Assembly: GCA_036339875.1 (NCBI GenBank)
Contig: JAYZAC010000160.1
Coordinates: 1-31,019 of the forward strand
DNA length: 31,019 nt
Reading direction: 5' to 3'
Source of the DNA: a bacterium
GTDB lineage: Bacteria; Muiribacteriota; UBA6191
Each line of letters starts with the position of its first letter. Within the stretch, counting starts at the first letter, position 1. The notes below the pieces were generated by a model, which did no database searches, was not told where the DNA came from, and worked only from the letters and a program-made list of their open reading frames with translations. Positions 1-7,557 of this stretch are shown here, one piece after another. The position numbers and the translations under genes are program-made.

Positions 1-50
1 AAATTGTTAATCTCCATCGAAAATTGCGAAATTATGGGCGATATTGTTCT

Positions 51-66
51 TGGCATGGAACTTGTT
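51..66 (+). promoter_or_regulatory. Candidate sigma-54 (-24/-12) promoter of the major pilin gene
   Basis: TGGCATGGAACTTGTT vs consensus TGGCAC-N5-TTGC(A/T); GG at 52-53, N10, GT at 64-65 (C of the -12 GC replaced by T). It lies ~100 bp upstream of a pilin gene, a class often transcribed by RpoN. Confidence 0.55.
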
Positions 67-150
67 ATATGGAACTATTCAGAAAGCGCTGACCTGACGT
101 TATCTCGCGATAAAGTGCAAGAATGCATAGGTCTATAGAAACGAATATTT

Positions 151-157
151 AAGGAGG
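151..157 (+). promoter_or_regulatory. Strong Shine-Dalgarno sequence for the pilin gene
   Basis: AAGGAGG upstream of ATG 162 (alternative in-frame ATG at 171). Confidence 0.8.
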
Positions 158-161
158 AAGC

Positions 162-809
162 ATGGTTAGCATGTCTCGTTTAAGATCAAAGGGTTTTACT
201 CTGATCGAAATTTTAGTGGTAATTGTAATTATCGGAATTCTGGCCACAATGGGTATAGGTAAGTATGCACAGTTCTCTCGTGATGCTCGTAAATCCGGTT
301 GTGTAAATAATCAGAATACAATTGATAAGGGTATTGGTATGTGGGAATCCAAATATGTTGCCTTCAATCTTAAGTCTGGCAATAATGGAACTCTTACTTG
401 TCTATTCTACATGAATGGTAAGAAACATACCTTCACCGAGAGCAACGGGAGATTCCCAGGACGATTTAAGTCTACAGCTACGGGGAAGGATGACGAGGTG
501 TATAACCAGATCCAAGACGAGACTGTATTTGTCTGTCCTGAATCGGCTAACTCCTACTCCGGTATTGATAACATCCCCAAGGCGGATAAAGATGCAACAT
601 CTGATTACAAGTGGCATATCTTTGCTCGAGGTAGTTCAGCAACTGCAACTAAGCCTACTGGTGGTAGACTTCGTGGCACAGGTTGCTTAGTTTGGGGTAC
701 GGTTGCAAACAGTGGCTCAAGAGGACCTGCTGGCGAGGAAATTGAGGCTGGAGATGGTACCGTTGGTCCTTCAGGAACCGACGAGGATTTACACTCCGGA
801 CTACTATAA
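162..809 (+). CDS. Type IV pilin, probable major subunit
   Basis: Class III signal peptide RLRSKG|FTLIEILVVIVIIGILA with E5. Four Cys (GCVNN, LTCLF, FVCPE, GCLVWG). Strong RBS and its own terminator, consistent with a highly expressed major pilin. Confidence 0.88.
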   Translation: MVSMSRLRSKGFTLIEILVVIVIIGILATMGIGKYAQFSRDARKSGCVNNQNTIDKGIGMWESKYVAFNLKSGNNGTLTCLFYMNGKKHTFTESNGRFPGRFKSTATGKDDEVYNQIQDETVFVCPESANSYSGIDNIPKADKDATSDYKWHIFARGSSATATKPTGGRLRGTGCLVWGTVANSGSRGPAGEEIEAGDGTVGPSGTDEDLHSGLL

Positions 810-826
810 TTTAAAGTTTATTTAAT

Positions 827-864
827 AAGGGAAGCCGTCAACACTTGCCGGTTTCCCTTGTTTA
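827..864 (+). terminator. Intrinsic terminator / stabilising hairpin after the pilin gene
   Basis: AAGGGAAGCCGTCAA-CAC-TTGCCGGTTTCCCTT: 15-bp stem with one mismatch and one G-U pair, followed by GTTT. Confidence 0.75.
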
Positions 865-897
865 CCTTCATAATATATAGAAGGTATTTTCTTTTTT
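863..897 (+). terminator. Second hairpin with long U tract
   Basis: TACCTTC(863-869)-10 nt loop-GAAGGTA(880-886), followed by TTTTCTTTTTT. Confidence 0.5.
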
Positions 898-954
898 AAC
901 GTTCGGCGTAACGTTTTCTAAGTTGAGACTACTAATTGTACAAGGGGGTTTGTT

Positions 955-1656
955 ATGGGAGAATCTGGCAATAAATATGGCGGTTTTACCCTTCTAGAAT
1001 TACTCGTTGCAATTACATCGTCTACAATTATTCTAGGCGGATTTTTAGTAGCTTTTTCCAGTTTAAACAAATCTAGTCGCCTGAGAGACATGGAACTGAA
1101 AAGTTTGAGAGAAGGTGCTTCAGTTCGTATGAAGATCGAGAAGGCGTTGACTGGTGCATCAAACGCAGTTTTTCGTACGGTATCCAATGATAGTGTTGGA
1201 GCTGATGTTGATATGCTCTACTATTACAAGTATGACGACGATAATCTATTAACGGAATATGGTTATTTCTTTCTCGATGAGCAGCAGCAGTCAATAGATC
1301 CTAGTTACCAAGAGCGATTGAATGATGTAGGTGATCCTTTGGTAATGAGAAATCTGTATTTCGATAAAATTGACGTAGCATCTACTGATCCCGCAGCGAC
1401 GGCAGCTTTACCTCCGGATCCGAAAAATTTTGATCTGCGGAGTGCCGATCGCGAAGTAATTGTTCATGAGGCTAGTGATTTTATGGTCAATTTGACTGAG
1501 GCTAGGACTGATGATGCAGACAAGCGAGTTAGTTACAATTTAGATTACCAAGTGTCCACAAACTTTTTTCTAGATACTAGTAGCGACGCAACTGCAAACA
1601 GGCGTGAGCGGATTTTTAAGGGTTCAAGTTACGTTTTGGGTAAAATCACTAGCTAA
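955..1656 (+). CDS. Minor pilin, PilW/GspJ-like
   Basis: KYGG|FTLLELLVAITSSTIILGGFL prepilin motif with E5; GGGGG-type RBS upstream. Confidence 0.8.
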   Translation: MGESGNKYGGFTLLELLVAITSSTIILGGFLVAFSSLNKSSRLRDMELKSLREGASVRMKIEKALTGASNAVFRTVSNDSVGADVDMLYYYKYDDDNLLTEYGYFFLDEQQQSIDPSYQERLNDVGDPLVMRNLYFDKIDVASTDPAATAALPPDPKNFDLRSADREVIVHEASDFMVNLTEARTDDADKRVSYNLDYQVSTNFFLDTSSDATANRRERIFKGSSYVLGKITS

Positions 1657-1664
1657 AAACTTTA

Positions 1665-2912
1665 ATGATCGACTTCAATTTTCGTTGTAAAAATCGCAGA
1701 GCATTAACAATTATAGAGACAGTTGTCTCTTTAACCATACTATTAATTGTCTTGTTGACTTATGCTTCTTCGAATCAGGCGAAGAAAACTATCCTGAAAT
1801 CTTTGACCCATCAAACTTTCTACAACAGACTCGCTAACGTGCAGCTAGAAAGGTTAATCACTTTTGTCCATAATAATAAGCAGTTGAGTAAAGATTTTTA
1901 TTCAACGAACAAGAGTGATGTGGCTACGGGAGATTTCAAATCTTTTACTGAAGTCTTTTCGTTTGAAGGTATTAATGGAAAGTTAGATGAATTCGATGCG
2001 GCCTCTACACCCAATATTGCATTGCATCAATTAGAGGTACGAGGTACTGATATAGGTGATAATGATTATCATAATGGTGGTGAGGATAAAAGTAGATTTT
2101 TGGCGTTTCCTTATCCTAATGAATTAAAGGCTAAGAGTGTTTATGACCCTTCAGCTCTTTGGACTGATCCACATAGCAAGTCAGGAACATTACATCACAT
2201 TACTCCTAAATTAAATGAGAATGATGGTGGACAGCGTAAATACAGGGGAGTATTACCGCTTGTATCAGAAGAATTTGTCACACTAAGTGATGATGGAACT
2301 CGTAACGAGCTTGGTTTTGAAGATGGCTCGGCTCTTGCGGCAGATGATGTTCAGCTTTCTGCAGGTACGAGCTTATTTCTTAATCCAGGTACGATAGGAA
2401 CATGGGAAAACGAAAGGATCCGTCGCTACGTATACTACCGTAAGATACGAGAAGGTAATATCGTTTTTCGAAGTAATGTCCGAGGTATAGGTACATCTCA
2501 GGCTGAAGGGGATACAACCTTAGCTGCGCAGAACACAAATGTTATGGTGACCACTGACATAGAAAATCTGTATATTCAGAGTCTTAACAACTGGGATACG
2601 GCCGATGGATCGTCAAATGGGGGTGAGGTCGTTGGTATAGAAGGAACAGCATATCCCGATGATGTTGGGGGTGCTGGTGCACATTCAATCTACTTAATGG
2701 TAGTCGTCAGAGCGATCGATTTAGATGAAATAGACGATGCGACACCTGCGAGCCTAAATGATGTAGATTTTCTTTCGCAATCGGAAATTAAAGCTGTTGC
2801 GTGTGGAATTGCTACCCCCACTTATGGAAAAAATTTACTCAAAAGTATTGAATTAAGCTATCACCGTTATAATTTTTCCCGAATTCCTGGAACTAAACTT
2901 TACAGGCAATAG
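1665..2912 (+). CDS. Large minor pilin, PilV/GspI-like
   Basis: KNRRA|LTIIETVVSLTILLIVLL (Ala at -1, E5), then an A..QLE.L helix typical of PilV-like pilins; 415 aa. Confidence 0.72.
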   Translation: MIDFNFRCKNRRALTIIETVVSLTILLIVLLTYASSNQAKKTILKSLTHQTFYNRLANVQLERLITFVHNNKQLSKDFYSTNKSDVATGDFKSFTEVFSFEGINGKLDEFDAASTPNIALHQLEVRGTDIGDNDYHNGGEDKSRFLAFPYPNELKAKSVYDPSALWTDPHSKSGTLHHITPKLNENDGGQRKYRGVLPLVSEEFVTLSDDGTRNELGFEDGSALAADDVQLSAGTSLFLNPGTIGTWENERIRRYVYYRKIREGNIVFRSNVRGIGTSQAEGDTTLAAQNTNVMVTTDIENLYIQSLNNWDTADGSSNGGEVVGIEGTAYPDDVGGAGAHSIYLMVVVRAIDLDEIDDATPASLNDVDFLSQSEIKAVACGIATPTYGKNLLKSIELSYHRYNFSRIPGTKLYRQ

Positions 2913-2914
2913 TA

Positions 2915-5023
2915 ATGAAAAAGCGTAAAGTTAATCGTAAAGGTTCATTACTAGTAATAAGCATTGGTTTGATGATGTTTGTATCTTTTATGACCGTTAG
3001 CCAGTTGGATACGCTCAAAATGTATTTTGGCGTCAAGCGAATGATGGATTTGCAGCGTATTTCTGATGTAGCAGCACGTTCTGGTATCGACTACGGTTAT
3101 GCCATGATTAAGAATATCACAGAGTCAATGTCTCTTAATGAATTTCGATTTGCAACTCACATGCATAATGGTACCGGAGCTGGAACAGGACTTGGTGCCG
3201 GTGCCGTAGCTGAAGTGCCACCATCATGGCAGGAGATCATCAACCATAAATATGATCGTGATGCTTACAATGCCTATAACACCGTCAATGAAGGTTTTTG
3301 GGTGGGTACAGATTCGCATGATCTTGGAAATTGTGTGGACGGTAGTGAGTGTCCAGATATCAAAGACCCAGTTGATAAATGTAATGCTTCCATTGGTGGA
3401 ACAGGTGACACTTTAAGATCTAATCTACTCGATCTTGGTGGATCCTTTAAGCTTACGGATCCCAAAGCTGGTCATCTTGCTCAGGGAATGGGGTACCAAT
3501 CAGACGGTTGTGATATCGATACTAGTTCCAACGAAACAATTCGTGAATGTGCACAGGAAGCCATTGGAACCACAACCTATACAATTTTTGATAAAGCACT
3601 TGGTATGTCAGATTTAGAATGTACTCGACAGAATAGCGCGCATACAGGCACTTGGCAAAATATTCAGGATGCTACGACAGTTTATGAGAAAAGAGAGAGA
3701 GATTATGTTCTTGATGGACATTTCGGAACTAAGCGTTGGCATTATTATGACAGATGGAATTTTACGGAAAGTGGTGTACCTGGAACAGAAAATGTGGTTA
3801 GTGATCTAGATGCAACTACTCCCCGAGGAACAGGTGGTACAATAAGGAAGGACCCGGCTAATCTAACTGCTGGTGCCAGCTCTTTCTATACGCATCGTCA
3901 TATTTTATGGGAGCGTTTGTTTAATTATGTTAGAGATCCCTCCAAGTTGAGATTCCCTTATGAACCTATTGATGTAAACGAAACCGAGCCCCATTTGCGG
4001 GATGCAGACAAGGATGCTTATCACGTTGAGTTGTATACCGTTTTAGATCTTACTGATGTAACCTTGGACGATAGTGCTGATGAATACGACGCGAACTTAA
4101 TCAATCCAGAAAATTATGATGTTATAAAGCACAAGGTATTTTTCAAGCTTTGGATAACTCGCGATGAAGGGCGTGATGACTATGAGAGTAATTCCACCGC
4201 AGGTACTGTTGTAACAACAGCTTTAACACAAAATTCTGGGGGAACTGATGTCCAGTGGGTAGATTGGGAAGGTGAGCCTTTGAGTAATTTGACTGCTTCA
4301 GGAGGACCTCTAGATATAGATACTAGTTCGCAAGCAGTGGATCTTCATCCAATTTGGTCGATGACACGTAATTCTGGAACAGTTCCGAACTCTAATGGTG
4401 TTAATATTGCCGACACTTCTCTGTTTAGGCCAAATTATAAGATAGACTTTTTAGATTGGGATGGGAATGGCGCCACGGATAACCGCTTAGGTGCGATAGG
4501 CTTCCCTGTACCTTACTTGGCAGTCCAGAGAGCTGATTACGATATTTGGAATGATACAGATCGTAGTACATCGGTCGCTTCTGAACCACCTAAAGAGCAT
4601 GATAGCTACACTAGATTTACATTATGGTCACTAGGTACTGTTAGGGAAGTTGATACTGAAATATTACAAGATACTGGTATGAGTAGATATGAGCCCTACC
4701 CGACTGTTCCTGCGGCGAAGCAGAAAATAAGCGATTTCCAGATCGTTTCCAGATCTCTTTACAGAATGGATTTTTATATGGATGTGCGGGCAGTGGATAT
4801 CAATGACGAAGAAGAATATCGAGAAGATACTGATATAGATAAAGTATTATCAGGTGGTTGTGACGCGAGTAATGTAAATATGAATAATGAAGCTAATTAT
4901 AATGCAGCTAGAATTCCGGCTTGTGATCTAGACTCTGGTCAAGCAATTAAGACCATATTTGATCCCATGGGTATATATACTGAATCGCAGCAAAAATGGC
5001 CTTACAGAGACTCTAAGAAGTAG
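2915..5023 (+). CDS. Very large PilX/GspK-like minor pilin (no E5) with Asp/Cys-rich insert
   Basis: NRKG|SLLVISIGLMMFVSFM without Glu5, then AARSGIDYG (PilX N-terminal A..G motif). C-terminal FTLWSLGTV strand; 8 Cys; DWDGNGATD calcium-binding-like motif. Confidence 0.72.
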   Translation: MKKRKVNRKGSLLVISIGLMMFVSFMTVSQLDTLKMYFGVKRMMDLQRISDVAARSGIDYGYAMIKNITESMSLNEFRFATHMHNGTGAGTGLGAGAVAEVPPSWQEIINHKYDRDAYNAYNTVNEGFWVGTDSHDLGNCVDGSECPDIKDPVDKCNASIGGTGDTLRSNLLDLGGSFKLTDPKAGHLAQGMGYQSDGCDIDTSSNETIRECAQEAIGTTTYTIFDKALGMSDLECTRQNSAHTGTWQNIQDATTVYEKRERDYVLDGHFGTKRWHYYDRWNFTESGVPGTENVVSDLDATTPRGTGGTIRKDPANLTAGASSFYTHRHILWERLFNYVRDPSKLRFPYEPIDVNETEPHLRDADKDAYHVELYTVLDLTDVTLDDSADEYDANLINPENYDVIKHKVFFKLWITRDEGRDDYESNSTAGTVVTTALTQNSGGTDVQWVDWEGEPLSNLTASGGPLDIDTSSQAVDLHPIWSMTRNSGTVPNSNGVNIADTSLFRPNYKIDFLDWDGNGATDNRLGAIGFPVPYLAVQRADYDIWNDTDRSTSVASEPPKEHDSYTRFTLWSLGTVREVDTEILQDTGMSRYEPYPTVPAAKQKISDFQIVSRSLYRMDFYMDVRAVDINDEEEYREDTDIDKVLSGGCDASNVNMNNEANYNAARIPACDLDSGQAIKTIFDPMGIYTESQQKWPYRDSKK

Positions 5024-5033
5024 GTGTACTGAA

Positions 5034-5867
5034 ATGCAAACGAGTAAACAGCAGAAATTTTCTCTGAGTTACGTGAACCGTTCTGCACCTCTTGGCTTCA
5101 CACTGATTGAAATTCTGGTGGTTGTTACTATTATTGGAATCTTTGCAACCCTAGCGGTTTATAATCTTACTGGATATTTGAACTTTCAATCACAGTCACA
5201 GGCACATAGATTAATCGAAGCCGCTATTACAGATTTAAGAACCTTTTGTATGTCATCAAGTTTTGATACATCAAATAACCTTGTATGGCGCGATGGTAAA
5301 CCTACTCGATTAGGTTGTGGTTTGCACATATACAGAGGTTGGGTGAATCCCGATAATCCAATTGACGGGAGTGGTACATGGGCTGATGGTGTCAACAACT
5401 TTGATCATAGTGTCAGTTATTCGATCTTGCTGGTCAAAAATTCTGGACATGATAATGTTTATACTAGTAAAGGTGCTGACGCGACTTTAGATAGTCGTAA
5501 GAAGCTCGCAGATATGCCCGAAGGAGAACCTAGGCCGAATGTTGTGAATTTACCCGAGGCGATTATATTGAAGTTTGCGGATGACAGTGATACTGAACAA
5601 AATTCTGTGGGAGCAGAATTGCCAGATGTCTCTTGGGTAAGCTTCGATACATTTGGTCGGCTGGTAAGTAGGCAGGGAGCTGGTGGAGTTTCAGATTCAT
5701 CAACTAGTGCCGAATTTAGCGGGAAGGATCGCTATTTAGCTCTAGTTTATGCAACGGGTGATTCTGACCAAAGTAACCTGCCACCATTTTATTTAGATTT
5801 GCGCAATGGTGGCAGAGTACGTAATGCCGAGAATATTGGTTCCTTAAATTTCGGTGCTTTTGATTAA
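5034..5867 (+). CDS. Minor pilin, FimT/GspH-like
   Basis: APLG|FTLIEILVVVTIIGIFATLA and late VSFDTFGR motif typical of FimT/GspH. Start reassigned to ATG 5034 (AGGTG RBS at 5022-5026) to avoid a 65-nt overlap with the upstream gene. Confidence 0.8.
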   Translation: MQTSKQQKFSLSYVNRSAPLGFTLIEILVVVTIIGIFATLAVYNLTGYLNFQSQSQAHRLIEAAITDLRTFCMSSSFDTSNNLVWRDGKPTRLGCGLHIYRGWVNPDNPIDGSGTWADGVNNFDHSVSYSILLVKNSGHDNVYTSKGADATLDSRKKLADMPEGEPRPNVVNLPEAIILKFADDSDTEQNSVGAELPDVSWVSFDTFGRLVSRQGAGGVSDSSTSAEFSGKDRYLALVYATGDSDQSNLPPFYLDLRNGGRVRNAENIGSLNFGAFD

Positions 5868-7537
5868 TTATTGGTTCTAAAATCGGTGTTATAACGGTCT
5901 AGCTTTTTTGCCTTATTAAGTGCTTCTTTTGCCTGCTTCGTACGTTTCATTTTCTGAAGAATATCTGCTTTTAAGAAGTAGTTTTTTGCCCATAAAGGGT
6001 GATAATCAATACTTTTTTCTATGAAGAATAGTGCTTTCTGATATTTCTTTTTTTCTAAAAATAGAAGGCTTAATTGATAAGAGACGTCGACCCAAGCAGA
6101 TAGATTATTTTCAAAAAAAATTACTTCAGGTGTTTTTTTACCAGCCAGTAATGAAATTCTAAATTGATAATATAGATTCTCTAGCTGCAAGGCTGGGATA
6201 GAAGACTCTTGTGTTAACTTAAGCCAAGCTGGATATATGCGGCCCTCAGACAAGTGGTTAATAACTCTGGGAATCGTTAATTGACTCTGAAAATTGAGAA
6301 CACCATAATAAAGCATGGCAGTACCTGCCAAGGCTGGACTAACTAACCGTACAATGATTGCACCTAGATTATTTTTTACAAGCGCCTGATTTGTACTACT
6401 CATTGTAGTCTGATTTGTATTTTTAGGAGCGGCGATGGCTAGAAGATAAGCAAGTATGATGAGTCCAGAAGGATAATTTATAATTACACTCAAAGTTGAA
6501 CCCAAGAATAGTAAACATAGGCTTAATTTAACCTGGCTATGAGGTAGTTTAATTAAGAAAAAAACGGCAATTAATAGAAGTATTCCCATTAACCATCCAC
6601 TTTCAGCAGTCCACTCTAGAAGGCTATTATGCGCTTTGAAAACACTATGTTTAGTTGGATCTGGAAAAAGTTGATTAAATTTAATCGTAAGGTATTCATG
6701 GACTCTGGGGCCAAATATCCCTGGACCAGTACCAAGTGGATTATTCTTTATTGCTTCTAGCGTACCCTGGTAAATCTGACTTCTCATCTGAAATGCTTCG
6801 ATTCCAGTGAGTCGAAAGGATTCTACGGGATTATGCATTGCTCGCCACCCTAGTAATAGAAAACCAATTATCGATACACTTAAAACAGCTTTGATATTAG
6901 TTCTAATTATCATTAAGATAACTAAGAGTCCGAGTGCTAGTCTGGACCCACTTAGTAGAACAAGTACTACACCTGAAATTTTCCAGCGAAATTTGATTCT
7001 TGGGGCCACCGCAAGCATAGTTACGCTAAAAATTCCCAGAAAATTAGGATGAAAAAATAGCGCTTGCCAGCGACCTTGAGCTGCATTAGCACTAATTGGT
7101 GGTATAAAAATTGATATTAGACAAATTAATAAACATGAGCCTAGAAAATAACTAGCTAAAACATTATTGAAGTAATTAGTTAGATTTAATCGACGAATCT
7201 GAAAATAGAAAAGTAACGTAGATAACTCAAATAGTAGTGAGTGAACACCCAATAATGGCTGCTCAAAGTTTGTATCTACGCAATACGTCATCCATGAAAA
7301 CAGTCGTAGAGTAAATCCTATTATAACGAGTATATCCAGAGGGTTTGTATTTAGTGGCAGATGATGTCTGCTTAGTGCCGAAATAAGAATCAATACCCCA
7401 GTTAGTCCGAAAAAAACAGTCTCTCTTAAAGCATATATTTCATGGGTACCTGGCCAATAGAGCCACGGAAATAATATAAAAAACGCAAGCACCAATCTTG
7501 ATTGGTATTCAGAAAGTGAGTTTTGACCCGAATTCAT
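5864..7537 (-). CDS. O-antigen ligase family (Wzy_C) / PglL-like O-oligosaccharyltransferase with C-terminal TPRs
   Basis: Multi-TM protein with FFHPNFLG, LLSGSR, R..IY, NPLGTGPG.F and AHNSLLEWTAESG motifs; TPR-like C-terminus (YQKALFFIEKSIDYHP...AKEALNKAKKLD). Confidence 0.85.
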   Translation of the reverse strand: MNSGQNSLSEYQSRLVLAFFILFPWLYWPGTHEIYALRETVFFGLTGVLILISALSRHHLPLNTNPLDILVIIGFTLRLFSWMTYCVDTNFEQPLLGVHSLLFELSTLLFYFQIRRLNLTNYFNNVLASYFLGSCLLICLISIFIPPISANAAQGRWQALFFHPNFLGIFSVTMLAVAPRIKFRWKISGVVLVLLSGSRLALGLLVILMIIRTNIKAVLSVSIIGFLLLGWRAMHNPVESFRLTGIEAFQMRSQIYQGTLEAIKNNPLGTGPGIFGPRVHEYLTIKFNQLFPDPTKHSVFKAHNSLLEWTAESGWLMGILLLIAVFFLIKLPHSQVKLSLCLLFLGSTLSVIINYPSGLIILAYLLAIAAPKNTNQTTMSSTNQALVKNNLGAIIVRLVSPALAGTAMLYYGVLNFQSQLTIPRVINHLSEGRIYPAWLKLTQESSIPALQLENLYYQFRISLLAGKKTPEVIFFENNLSAWVDVSYQLSLLFLEKKKYQKALFFIEKSIDYHPLWAKNYFLKADILQKMKRTKQAKEALNKAKKLDRYNTDFRTNN

Positions 7538-7557
7538 ACAGCAAAAGAGGTTTGAGG

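Noticed and set aside
61..160. Cyclic-dinucleotide riboswitch in the pilin leader
   Set aside because: Such riboswitches occur upstream of some pilins, but I could not find the GEMM-I or c-di-GMP-II consensus elements or supporting stems.
4959..5033. Longer N-terminus for the FimT-like pilin
   Set aside because: It overlaps the upstream gene by 65 nt; ATG 5034 has an RBS and gives a more plausible leader peptide.
955..5867. Assignment of the cluster specifically to a type II secretion system
   Set aside because: No secretin, ATPase or platform genes are in the window. The separately terminated Cys-containing major pilin favours a type IV pilus, but the system type cannot be settled here.
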